A stretch of DNA of 64,000 bases from Octopus vulgaris (lineage: Eukaryota): contig OX597816.1 in NCBI GenBank assembly GCA_951406725.2, positions 19,840,001 to 19,904,000 on the forward strand. Direction: 5' to 3'. A program made the translations under genes and the position numbers. This document shows positions 27,926 to 40,062 of the stretch, piece after piece (the first letter of the stretch is position 1; each line of letters begins with the position of its first letter). Under the pieces are notes generated by a model that was not told the DNA's origin, did no database searches, and was given only the letters and a program-made list of their open reading frames with translations.

Positions 27926-28482
27926 AAAATCTAATCATCTAATCTCGTTGAAAATTCAAATGAAGTGAATTATAAAACAAGTTTCGGCAAGTTAACGTTC
28001 TTCTCTTATTGTAGATCTAATAATAAAAATGCATTCTCTATGATGATATTAGGCCTTTCCAAACGATAAATAATATATAACGGTTAGACGACTACACATA
28101 ACAGAAAGATATCCTGCATGAATATATCATTATAACTAGCTAAAACACACACATATATCGTTACTTTGATTTTCTTTACATTTCCGATAGTTTCGCCATA
28201 TTTCATTCGTTCTCCTACTCCACTTACGTAAACCGATAGCACAGAATAATATCAATCACCAAACTGTACTTATATGAGTAAATATAAATAAGAAATTAAT
28301 GAGAATGTCAGCTAGCAGAAAAACAAAATTCAACGTAAATGTAAACGTCAGATTTAAATGAACATGATGACACATCCCGGTTATCTTTCGTTTCGTGTAA
28401 CATAATGAGAGACTTTGGCACAAAGGCGTACGTAGATTTAATGTCGATAATAATTTGAAAGGAAAAGATCTCAAGGAAATCT

Positions 28483-28489
28483 CTGTCTG

Positions 28490-28521
<32 letters not shown>

Positions 28522-28610
28522 CTTATTTACTTATCTATCCGCCTGTCTGCCTATCTCTCAGTCTGTTTACCTGTCTATCTATCTGTCTATCTATTGTCTA
28601 TGTATGTATG

Positions 28611-28661
<51 letters not shown>

Positions 28662-28679
28662 ATCTATCTATTTATCTAT

Positions 28680-28718
<39 letters not shown>

Positions 28719-28812
28719 ATTCTCTAACTGTCGGTCTGTTTATCTCTCTGTCTATCTGCCTATCTATCTGTCTGTCTTTTTATCTGTCTATCTATTTATT
28801 TATCTACCTCTA
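28483..28812. repeat. (TCTA)n microsatellite
   Basis: Seen directly. Confidence 0.95.
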
Positions 28813-29301
28813 TTCATAAATAATTATATAGAGGATGATATTATAAAAATACCATCACGAGTGGTAAGCGAATTATCAGCCGTACAGGCAAATTAATAAA
28901 ATATATACATACAATATTAGATATGTACGTATATACACAAATGTACTACATGAGTACCTATATCGCTAAAAAATAAAAGCTGAAAAATACTTCTATACCA
29001 CCAAATACTCACATATATATATGTATGTAACAGTGTGTGTGTTTATATATGTATGTATATATGTATGTATTATGTATGTATATTTGTATGTATGTATGCA
29101 TGTATGTATGCATCTATGTGTGTTACTGTGTGATAACCTGAGTATGATTTTGCCACCATGTATAATATCAGGAAATGTAGCATACATATAATTTAACTTT
29201 CAATATATTTCCTGGTTCTTATAAAAAATGATTGACTGACAACTACTTTCCAAATCTAAAACCATATATTGCATGAAAATAAAATTAGATTACACACTAC
29301 A

Positions 29302-29680
29302 GTTCTATATTTAAGAGATGAGGAATTATGTACATTATTTACATTCGACGGATATTTGTCCTCAGCTTGTTTGTTGTTAACACAACGTTTCGGCTGATAT
29401 ACCCTCCAGCCTTCATTAGGTGTCTGTGAAGAAATTTCGAACCTGGGTTCTCATTCTTAAAGTATTCTTCGATGTTATTATACTAATTATTATTATTGTT
29501 CAGGTCACTGCTTGGAGTCGAACTGCAAATCTTGGGGTTAATAACCCACGCTCTTACCCATTACGCCATATGCCCGTGGGCGATTATGGATTGAATTTTA
29601 GCCGAAACGTTGAGATAACAACAAACAAGATGAGAACAACTATCCGTCGAATGTAAATAACGTAAATAATGTAAATAATA
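29302..29680 (-). mobile_element. Full tRNA-hammerhead unit (29302-29575, minus) plus an inverted partial 3' copy (about 29600-29680, plus)
   Basis: Minus-strand head GGGCATATGGCGTAATGGGTAAGAGCG..GTTCGACTCC, hammerhead at 29379-29424, and the same terminus GTTCTATATTTAAGAGATGAGG as at 27422. Confidence 0.82.
29379..29424 (-). ncRNA. Minimal type I hammerhead with a G5A core mutation (probably inactive)
   Basis: GACAC-CUAAUGA-A-GGCUG..CAGCC-GAAA-CG-UU-GUGUU, with palindromic stem III AACGUU. Confidence 0.72.
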
Positions 29681-29925
29681 TAGATTAAATACGCTTCTCA
29701 ATCCTATAACTAGCGCCATATCTACTTTACTGTCTCTCCTCCCGTGTCTTAATGATTCTTTCTCTGTTTGTTGCTTACACTCCATTCCTCTTTGTAGGCG
29801 TCCTTTACTCATTGCCTGCCAACAAGCCGAATATGTTCACTCAGCCGACACCACCTCCCTTAACTCTTCCTGTATCTCTCTAATAATCGTTTCCCCCCTC
29901 TCTCTCACCCTCTATGTGTGTATGC

Positions 29926-29966
<41 letters not shown>

Positions 29967-30017
29967 TGTATATATATATATATATATATATATGCGTGTA
30001 TATATATATATATATGC

Positions 30018-30051
<34 letters not shown>

Positions 30052-30053
<2 letters not shown>

Positions 30054-30278
30054 TTTTATTCTTTTACTTATTTCAGTCATTTGATTTTTGCCATGCTGGA
30101 GCACCGCCTTTTTTTCGACCAAATCGAACCCAGGACTTATTCTTTGTAAGCCTGGCACTTATTCTATCAGTCTCTTCTGTCGAACCGCTATGGCACGGGG
30201 ACGTAAACAAACCACCATCGGTTGTCAAGTGATGTTGGTGGGGGACAAACACAGACACACAAAAATATATACACACAC

Positions 30279-30327
<49 letters not shown>

Positions 30328-30430
30328 AGGAGTTTCTTTCAGTTTGCATCTGCCAAATCCATTCAAAAGTGTTTGGTCAACCCGATGCTATAGTAGACAC
30401 TTGCCCATGTGGTTGATAAGCAAGCTACTT
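30052..30430 (-). mobile_element. SINE family B copy with an internal (TA)n
   Basis: Homologous to 57840-58205 (GGGCAAGTGTC..GACGTAAAC..AAATGACTGAAA tail). Confidence 0.85.
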
Positions 30431-30708
30431 TTCCCTTTACCACAGATCTATGTATATATATATATATGAAAGAAAGTTTGAAAATGCAATTTTATAGACG
30501 TTGGTTGTATTTGCTTCTAACTATTGTGATGTAATTCACAAAGAGTGTTGAGATAGAACTTGTGCCAGCGTTGCTGGTTGCTGTGTACGTAGAGAGATGT
30601 TGTTGACGTTAAGAAGATGGAGGCGACGATGTAAGAGTTTGCCGTGTGCTATTGGACGGGTGTTGATGCGTCTCCATGTGGTTGCTCTTGTGTCGTCGCT
30701 GGAACTGG

Positions 30709-30828
<120 letters not shown>

Positions 30829-31199
30829 TTATATAAAATATGAAAAGCTGACTGGAATATAACCCAATCAACCGAAATCAGTATCGATTTTTACAACAAT
30901 AGAATATTATAGGTCATATGACTGTTAACGTTGTACGTATACTTTTCTTACCATATCACAAGTAATATCAAGAAAAATGACATAAATATAATAACTATCA
31001 TGTAAATAATATAAAATCTGTCCGTGCTTTTGTAATACGAGAAAATGAATATTAAATTTTAAAAGGAAAATACACACACACATACACACACACACATACA
31101 CACACACACATACACACATACATATGTTTATATATATATTCTTGTATTTTTAGGAAGCAGAATTACTAGGAGTGAATTCTCAGTCCTTAATTTCACTCC

Positions 31200-31450
31200 C
31201 GCCCTATTTAGTCTCTTTCTACGCCACGCAGAGAATACAGCGGCTGAATTTTTCTACCCCCTCCCCTACCTCAGTCGCAGGAGGGGTTTCTAGTTAACCC
31301 ATAGCTGGGACCATCTCAGGTGCTACCACTCCGGGCCAGAGTAGACCTGGGAGCAACAGTGGCTACGACGTTGTTCCACACTCCTCTAATCCTGAAACCA
31401 CGGCCCCAGGGTTCCACTACCGGATATAGGTTAGAGCCATACCCAGGAGC
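31200..31450 (-). mobile_element. GC-richer structured repeat fragment, possibly related to a LINE/SINE 5' region
   Basis: Minus strand TCCTGGGTATGGCTCTAACC..CTCCCAGGTCTACTCTGGCCCGGAGTGGTAGCACCTG..GAGACTAAA. It is single-copy in this window and its family is not determined. Confidence 0.4.
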
Positions 31451-31599
31451 TGGGAAATGAATCGAATGCCTGGTGTGTGTTCTGTTGTGGCTACTTCCCA
31501 CTGTGGGTAATGGATCTTGGTAAATTATATATGTATGTGTGTGTGCATATGGGCATGTATATATATGTGTGTGAATGTGTGTGTGTGAGTGTGTGTGTG

Positions 31600-31740
31600 T
31601 GTGTTTGTGTGTGCTCCTTTCTGTGGAAGAGCGTAGGATCGAAACGTTAAAGACTTTTTCACTTCCCAAGCGTTATACTATTACATCTGTTTGTTGTCTA
31701 CACCACCTGTCTTCGTCTTTTTTGTGAATTGTCCCCCCAT
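31600..31740 (+). mobile_element. Solo Neptune-type PLE terminal repeat with an A6U hammerhead (31617-31652)
   Basis: CUUU-CUGUGGA-A-GAGC-GUAG-GAUC-GAAA-CG-UU-AAAG, then the shared tail CCACCTGTCTTCGTCTTTT. Microsatellites flank it. Confidence 0.75.
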
Positions 31741-31984
31741 ATGTATATGTGGGTATGTGTGTGTGTGTTTGTTTGTGTTCTTTATATACCCCCTACTGCA
31801 ATTACTCTGGCCTTTGCATCTTCCCCTACATTTTCCCAATTCCAATGAATTTAGTCTGCCATTGTATGTATCTAGGTTTACTTTATTCATTGCCATACAA
31901 CGATTATGATATGTGCACTAAAACTGTACAACTGGTAGTATTTATTGTAACAAATATTTCTTGCACATTAAATGAAATATCGTT

Positions 31985-32395
31985 TTCAAATATTGGTACA
32001 AGGCCAGAGGTTTTGGCGTTCAAATACTACTTATCTCATCGACCTCTAAAAGATGAAAGGGAAAAACCGACTTCAGGGGAGGATGAATTAAAAATTTGAA
32101 AACGGACGAAATAACGCTAAGCATTTTGCCCGTCGTCCTAACGAGTATTCCTGTTCGCCGCACTTCATACTAAGTAAAATACTGATTTTAAATTTTGGCA
32201 CAAGGCCGGCAATTCCTGGCACCGGGTAAGTCGATTGCATTGACAAAGTGGTCAACTGAAACTTACTTAATTGAGGTGAAAGGATGAAAAGGAAATTCGA
32301 CCTCGGCAGAATTTGAACTCAGAAGAAAAGGACGTAAAAAATGCCGGTAATTATTTCGCCCGGTGTACAAAGGATTCTACTAGCTCACCACCTTT
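31985..32395 (-). mobile_element. Two degenerate SINE family A copies
   Basis: GGATGAAA..TCGACCTCGGCAGAATTTGAACTCAG motifs. Confidence 0.7.
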
Positions 32396-33412
32396 AATAC
32401 ATTCTATCATATAAAATATTGAACTAGAATAAGTTTAAAGTACATTTCTAGGAACACTTTACCGGGTTCTTGATTACATGTAAATTAATATCTATAAATT
32501 TTAAAATGGATATATTTCATTATATTTTAGAAAGTGGAATTGTGACGAAGAAGCCTGCATAAATAAAGTTTATTAATTATGGTGAAAAAATAATGAAATA
32601 ATGAAAACCAGAAATGATTCGACGTCAAACATTAAGTTTCCAACAGAAATAGACGTTCCTGGTCTATCTGAAGTAGAATTATGATTTTATATTCAAAGGA
32701 GATTAAATGTCAAATTTTTTATAAACAAAATTCACAAAAATTAATGATTTTGCATTTCGATGCTTTCAAAGTATAATCAGAATATATCGAATTCAAAATG
32801 TCTGGAAATAAGGAGATAGATAAAATCTGTAACCTATAAACATAATTGCGATATTCAACAAAGTAAATATATTTATAGATTGACGGTACCGATACACTGT
32901 GGTTTATTGTTAAACAAAAAAGCATTACCGGGATATTGATAAATTTGCTGCGTTGACGCATTACTAAATTTCATGCATTTAGAACAAGGTTTCGCCACAC
33001 GCTCACACACAAACACACACATGCATACACACACACACACACATTCTCTATCTATCTACCTACCTATCTAGCTAGCTAGCCACCTACCAGTGTCGGAAAT
33101 AGCAGATCACGTGATTTACACCTGCACCACAAATATGTTTTGAAAACTAATTTTTATTGATGGAGGCTGTATTAGTACCAAAAGGCAATATCTGAATCCA
33201 GCTTAATGTGGATGCATTGTTAGAGCGCTCATATGAACGGATGATGCATAAAACCTCACACAGTTATATCGCTGATAGAAGAGTGCTCGTAGCATCCGAG
33301 TTGGCTCTTTGCGACATCATATATAAATACATATACATATATATATATATATATATACACATACACACGCACGCACACGTACACACACGTACACACACAC
33401 ATACACACGCAC

Positions 33413-33476
<64 letters not shown>

Positions 33477-34344
33477 GTGTAAGAGGGAGGTAGAGAGAAA
33501 GAGATGACGATCGGTTATTATATTTTGTAAGTCAAGTCAAATTCGAATGGGAATAATGTAATCGCTGCTATGTTTCGTCACAGGAGGCCAACTCTCCGAC
33601 GAACGTGTTTTCATAATACACTAGATTCATTAGCGCTAGTGTCTCTGGAAGTTCCGATGTTTACATATCATTGTGTCTCATTAGCCATAGACTCGTGAGA
33701 CAAAGGTAAACAATGACGCTACAAAGGCAACAAATCAACACGATTGACGAACCATTTTTGACTCTCATTCTACAAAGACAGAAATATGCTCACGTGCATA
33801 AACAGAATCTGAGAGTAAAAACGAGAGAGAGAGACAGAGTGAGAGAGAGAAACTGATACAAAGGAAAAGATAGAGAGAATGAGAGAAAAAGAGCAAGACA
33901 GCACTAGAAGACAATCATAGTTTTTGGCGTCAAATTGGTCAGCCTCGAATCAGAGACATGAAATAGGTGGCACGAAGTGAATGTGCCAAACCGTCTTATA
34001 CCCGGAAGGAAGCCAGTCCAATAATGTAATTGTTGGACAAATGCCCACGATCACTTTTTTAGGCGAAATATTGAGATTCAGGGAACATCCAAACATATGT
34101 TCTGAAGACATATTTGCTTATTTCGATAATGAGTGTTTGTACAAGTTTGACAGAGCTGAAGAAATTTAATTATTTTACAGACGGATAAAGTAATATTGCC
34201 AATAGGAATGATAAGAACAGTTTCCTTCTTGATATTTCCTTCACATTCTTACATCACCCAAAAGTAAGTTTCCCAATATAAGATATAAATATATAAAGAA
34301 TAGATTTGAGGATTAATATAAAATCAGTTCCCTTAAATATTATT

Positions 34345-34720
34345 TTCTACTCTAGGCACAAGGCCCGAAATTGGGGGCGGGAGCTAGCCATTAGACCGAC
34401 ACCAGTACGCAACTGGTACTTAATTTATCGACCCTGAAAGGATTAAGGTCAAACTGGACGTCGGCGGAATTTGAACTCATAATGTAAAGACAGACGAAAT
34501 ACCTATTTCTTTACTACCCACAAGGGGCTAAACACAGAGAGAACAAACAAGGATAGACAAACGGATTAAGTCGATTATATCGACCCCAGTGCGTAACTGG
34601 TACTTATTTCATCGACCCCGAAAGGATGAAAGGCAAAGTCGACCTCGGCGGAATTTGAAATCAGTACGTAACGGCAGACGAAATACGGCGTGCTAACGTT
34701 TCTACCAGCTCGCCGCCTTA
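34345..34720 (-). mobile_element. SINE family A, dimeric copy
   Basis: Head - core - tail A - core - tail B, as at 5248-5648. Confidence 0.88.
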
Positions 34721-35459
34721 AGTTCCTTTAAATATTATTTTGGTAGTATTAAAACGTAGTAGCATAAAATATATGTTTTATATTATTTTAGTATTAAACT
34801 GAAGTTACAGCCAAACTTAAATAAAAGTTGGAAAATCAGAAAAGAACATAAGTTCACGAAGTTACATTAATGTTTTACAATAAGTCATCAATTATTCTTG
34901 ATAAATTTCTTTACTTGTGATATTAAATGAAGAGAAAAACTTAATTCTTAATTGATAAGCCAAATTTTGAGATAAGAGTGGCCATTTTCTTTTCAGTGGA
35001 TATGTTTGTACAAAGTTCGTGCGCATCTTTTTTTTTCTCTCTCTCTCTCATTTTCTTTATGTAGATGTTTTTCCTTTGTGTATGTTTCTGTTTACGTCTA
35101 TCGAATATTTCGTTTCTGTTTTTCTTTTGATTTGTTTTTCCTTTTACTAAGTCTGTATTATTAGTCGAATAAATCTATTGATACACTTCTTAAAAGATAG
35201 GAGGCTAAAAATATAATGAACGTGGTTAAAAGGCGACTATCTACTAAGTTGCACATCTATTATATAATCAGGTTTCATTTAGTAATATAAGAATAGTATA
35301 TCAGAGCTATAATATCCAGGGTTGGAGTTACATTAGTGTAAAAGGTAAGTAACGGTTTTAATGTATATATGGCTGTTATATAATTGATGCCATCATTAAA
35401 GTTGTTAACAGTGATGAAATTACGATTCTCTTCGTATTATTTACTTCCAAATACTGGAG

Positions 35460-35601
35460 CAGTGGTTCCCAGCATTTTACCTAAATGCGTTCTCCCACGA
35501 ACTCCTTTTAATATACTTATCCTTATGTATAAGTATATATGCATTTTGAATTTAGTTCAGGGACCACCAGGGCTCCGCCTACCACTGTTTGGGAACCACT
35601 G
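35460..35601. mobile_element. hAT (Charlie-like) MITE, 142 bp
   Basis: Perfect 12-bp TIRs CAGTGGTTCCCA/TGGGAACCACTG with an 8-bp TSD TACTGGAG/TACTAGAG (7/8 identical). Confidence 0.85.
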
Positions 35602-36419
35602 TACTAGAGTAAGAGCCGTTACGAACTTTAATTGGGTAGATCCTACCACACATGGTGGATGAGAGCATTACGTGTACAACGTGTCGAGAATTCTTTTTTC
35701 AGATAATTTTTCTATAGTGGCTGTATATGAAATAACTAGATGATGAATTCCAAAGGTGTTTTTTCTGCTTTAATACGAAAGTAGCTAGTCGATATCAGTT
35801 TGATAAACGTTTAGAGAGAAGATACGTGTAGAATAGATCAGGTTGAAGAAGTGCTTAACCAAAATGAGGAGTAGTACAGTTGTTTGATGTAGCGGTGAAT
35901 ATGATAGTCACATGTGGTTTGGTATGCGCCCTAGTTTGTCGCGTCTATGTTTGTGTAGATTAAATATTTGTGAATCTGAATTTGAGCCTAATAACTATAC
36001 TCTCGCATATGCAGTAGAATATATGCATGTATGAGCCATACTTCATGATTTTAGTATTACGTGATCCGAGGGAAAGCCATTGCTGCCATCAGAGAATACA
36101 GCACCAGTGTAGGAATACGGTTTGGCTACATTACATATCACTTATCCTTATCAGAGATGACTGCATATCATAGGTAGAAGTGACACAATTATAACTACTG
36201 ATTGTATTTTTTCTCTGTAAATGTTTCATAGAAAGTATAGTGACAGCTATTCTCTCAGTGACATATAATTTTTTTTTAATTCTAAGATTTCGTAATCAAT
36301 AACAATGTCCTCTCGAGTTTTGGTTGAGTGATGGAGTGTTCGTATTTAAACTTTCACGAATACTAACTACCTCCATATATATGTATGCTTATTTGAGTGT
36401 GTGTAGGTGTGTTTTTCAC

Positions 36420-36567
36420 ACATATATACGCAGTATGTACATATACATATATATATACACATATCCACATTAATGTATATATATATATATGAATATATAT
36501 ATGTATATATGTATATGTGTGTATATATTCATATATACATATATATGTATATATATATACATATATA

Positions 36568-36603
<36 letters not shown>

Positions 36604-36613
36604 CATATATATG

Positions 36614-36645
<32 letters not shown>

Positions 36646-36719
36646 TATATAAATATATATATATACATATATATGTCAATATATATGTATATATATATGT
36701 GTATATATATATATATACA

Positions 36720-36770
<51 letters not shown>
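36420..36770. repeat. (TA)n microsatellite
   Basis: Seen directly. Confidence 0.97.
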
Positions 36771-36774
<4 letters not shown>

Positions 36775-37099
36775 CATAGAAACATCTTAAATTAGATACC
36801 AATAAATAAGATTATTTATGACGGAAAAGAACAACTATTAATGTATTTAATCTCCAAAAACGATGAAATTACAAATGATGACCACTTTATTAATACGATG
36901 GACAACTCGGGATATCAAGACTGAGATATAAAAAAAATGCACAAAAAAGCGTAAGGAATATGTTTTCCCATCATCAGCTGCCGAAAAAGATATCACCATG
37001 ACTTCGGCGTCCTGCTGCCGCCTATATATACATATACACATAACTACACACGCAGCGTGCGCTCACACACACACACTCATATATATATATATATATATT

Positions 37100-37589
37100 T
37101 TTTTTTTTTCCTCTTCTCGAGTAACTTCGTAGTTTCTTCCGATATTCTTCCCTTCTTTTCTCTTGGGCATACACCTTTAGCCTTCCTTAAATACTCCTTC
37201 AGTTTCCCTATCAGTGAGTTGTAGTCATCGTCTATGTCGTCTCCTTGGCACCAGTCTTCCTGCATGATGGCTTCCTGCAGCTTTGCCTCGTTGTAGACTC
37301 GGACACGTTTTCCCTTCGACGCCAAATATAACGCCATCTTCTCCCTCTTCTCGTCGATGACGACCCTCGCCCTTACCAGACGATGATCGCTGCCGGTGTT
37401 GAATGGCGTCACGACGGAGACGTCATGCAATATGCGTCGCTTATCAACCAGGATGTAGTCGATCTCGCTTCGGTGCTTAGAGTTCGACGATATCCAAGTC
37501 CATCTCTTTCTCTCCCTCTTCCTGAATAGGCTGTTTCTGATGTAGAGCTGCCTCGCCTCTGCCATGGTAGCCAAACGTTCTCCTCTCTC
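37100..37589 (-). pseudogene. Inverted RTE endonuclease C-terminal segment
   Basis: GERLATM..NSLFRKR..RWTWIS..EIDYIL..DVSV..GSDHRLV..ISEETTKLLEKRK, an open frame with APE motifs. Confidence 0.9.
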
Positions 37590-37974
37590 TATGTCAGGTC
37601 GCTCTAGAGTGCTACTGGTAACATGTAATCCAGTACAACCTGTTGCATGGTCGGGACATCGGCGACTAAACTGACAATCCCACCAGGTTCGCTTGGTGAG
37701 GAGGGTGCTGTTGGACTCCCTGTGGGATGGAAAAATAAGACCCAACAAAGGGCGGATGAACTCCTGTAGAGTCAACGGACATCCAACAAAATACCGGCCT
37801 GCCCGCCCAGCCAGTGGGATGGCGTCATCTTATGGCTAAAACAGCACGAAGAACGAAGAGAAAAGGAAAAGGGCCTCAGTACCCTGCACGTCAATCGGGC
37901 CACTCCATGACGGCGGAGTGCAACTCGAGCGACGAGAGGCTGCTAAGAATCACAGGTTCCCGAAAGCCGTCATG

Positions 37975-38245
37975 GAACAGGACTAAACTTGCCATATGCA
38001 CCTACAAATGCATGTCTATGGCAGGGTGGCAAGAACTGAACCACCTAATGGAGGAGAGGAAGATCAGGTGCGACGTGTTAGGGCTGTGCGAGACACGCTG
38101 GAAGAAGGAAACGAGTATACGATGGCAAGATGGATGCATTGTGAGATTAGGAAGAGCAGAAGGTGCTAGATCGGTCGGAGGTATCGAATTCATCGTAAGG
38201 AATGGGCTTCGAGGGTCGCTTCTTGCCACTTCATATCATCACGGA
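37975..38245 (+). pseudogene. RTE endonuclease N-terminal segment
   Basis: LAICTYKCMSM..CDVLGLCETRW..SVGGIEFIV (APE motifs I-III), followed by a frameshift or deletion. Confidence 0.85.
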
Positions 38246-38274
38246 TGATTAAAAAAAAAATATGAAGAGGACTA

Positions 38275-40062
38275 TTGAAGATCACCTTGAATATTCCATT
38301 TCTCAGCAGAGTGATTCGTCAGCAACTAAAGAAAGACTTTGAGGCATACCGGATGGAGAAGCTCTTGAAGGCCGCAGAGGAAACGAAGAGGCTCAAGAAA
38401 TGCAAGCGGGACATGGTACTATATAGGTCGGAGGTGACGGCCCTGAAAAATACAGATGGAATACCGGTCAACGAGAAGAGCGAGATGGAAAAAGTTTGTG
38501 AAGACTTCTACACCAACCTCTTTAAGTCCATCAGAAATGTCCAGCCGTTACCACCACTCCCACAGGAAGAAAACGTGCCACCTATCCTTGTCAGTGAGGT
38601 TGAAAGAGCCATCGACTCGATGAAGAACGGAAAGGCTCCAGGGAAAGACAGTATACCATCGGAGGTGCTAAAGTCAGGCAGGGAGCAGCTCTGGAAAATC
38701 CTCGCTGAGCGATTTACGCACTATCTAGACGAAGGAAGAATTCCCTCGCAGTGGAAAGAGTCAAATACCATCCTGCTGTATAAGAAGGACGACAGAGAAG
38801 ATCTAAAGAACTACCGACCCATATGCCTGCTGTCTCACGTGTACAAGCTGTTCACGAAGATAATTCTGAACAGGTTGTCACGTCGTCTCGACGAACAACA
38901 ACCGAGGGAGCAAGCAGGCTTCCGGAAGAACTACAGCACAATGGACCATATATTTGCTCTAACGCAACTGCTTGAGCGAGCAAATGAGTACAAGCTGCCT
39001 CTTTGCGTTGCGTTTATAGATTATGAGAAGGCCTTCGATAGCGTCGAAACCAACGCAATGCTGAAATCGCTGCAGAGGCAAGGAATCGAAGCGCAATATG
39101 TGCAGCTGCTCAGAGTGGCAAATTCCGGATGCACCACCGACATAGCTCTACTGTCATCACCCATACGAGTGCCGGTCGAGAAGGGAGTGAAGCAAGGAGA
39201 TACAATCTCCCCAAAACTTTTCACTGCATGTCTCGAACAGATCATCAGAGGCATCGAATGGCAAGGTGGTGTCAAGATCAATGGCGAGCTCCTCACTCAC
39301 CTCCGTTTCGCTGACGACATCGTACTCATCGCTGAAAACATGGATCAGGTTCAGACCATGCTGACGGAGCTCGACATCAAAAGTTCTGCAGTAGGTCTCA
39401 AGATGAACCGCATGAAAACAAAGTTCATGCGGTCAGACAACGTACCAGTAGGTCGAATGGTGATCGGCAGTGATGAAATAGAGGAGGTGATAGATTATGT
39501 CTACCTGGGACAGGAAGTAAATATGTGCCGGGATATCAAAAAGGAGATCTCACGGAGAGTAAGGGCCGGATGGAAGGCGTTCAATGGCATAAGGGATGTG
39601 CTCAAGGGAAGGTTGGACAGGACCACCCGCGCCAACCTCATTACCAGTGCATTTCTGCCTGCAATGTTATATGGTAGTGAAACATGGGCTACCACAAAGA
39701 GAGAAGAGCAAAGACTGATAACGGCTCAAAGAGCCATGGAAAGGTCAATGCTTGGTATCTCGTTGAGAGAGCACATAAATAGCAACATCATCACAAAGAA
39801 GTCCGGCGTGAGAGATGTCATCGCAGAGTATACTCGCAGCAAGTATAGGTGGGCTGGACACGTCGCCCGGCTCACCGATAATCAGTGGACGCACGCAGTC
39901 GCCGAGTGGTACCCGCGTGAGCGGAAAAGACCACCCGGAAGACCTCCACGCCGTTGGAGTGACGATTTCAAGAGGACGATTGGGATCACGTGGATGAGAA
40001 AGGTGCGATCCAGAGAGGAGTGGACAGCGTGCTGTGACCAGCGGTCTCAAATGGACGCCTGA
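38275..40062 (+). CDS. RTE-clade reverse transcriptase (595-aa open frame, detached from its endonuclease, no true ATG start)
   Basis: GKAPGKD, NYRPICLL, EQAGFR, FIDYEKAFDSV, GVKQGDTISPKLF, LRFADD, YVYLGQ, LYGSETW, RWAGHVAR and RPPGRPPRRW. Confidence 0.95.
   Translation: MKITLNIPFLSRVIRQQLKKDFEAYRMEKLLKAAEETKRLKKCKRDMVLYRSEVTALKNTDGIPVNEKSEMEKVCEDFYTNLFKSIRNVQPLPPLPQEENVPPILVSEVERAIDSMKNGKAPGKDSIPSEVLKSGREQLWKILAERFTHYLDEGRIPSQWKESNTILLYKKDDREDLKNYRPICLLSHVYKLFTKIILNRLSRRLDEQQPREQAGFRKNYSTMDHIFALTQLLERANEYKLPLCVAFIDYEKAFDSVETNAMLKSLQRQGIEAQYVQLLRVANSGCTTDIALLSSPIRVPVEKGVKQGDTISPKLFTACLEQIIRGIEWQGGVKINGELLTHLRFADDIVLIAENMDQVQTMLTELDIKSSAVGLKMNRMKTKFMRSDNVPVGRMVIGSDEIEEVIDYVYLGQEVNMCRDIKKEISRRVRAGWKAFNGIRDVLKGRLDRTTRANLITSAFLPAMLYGSETWATTKREEQRLITAQRAMERSMLGISLREHINSNIITKKSGVRDVIAEYTRSKYRWAGHVARLTDNQWTHAVAEWYPRERKRPPGRPPRRWSDDFKRTIGITWMRKVRSREEWTACCDQRSQMDA

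Noticed and set aside
36945-36985. Minus-strand CTGATGA with a GGAA/TTCC hairpin
   Set aside because: It lacks the GAAA and cleavage-site elements.
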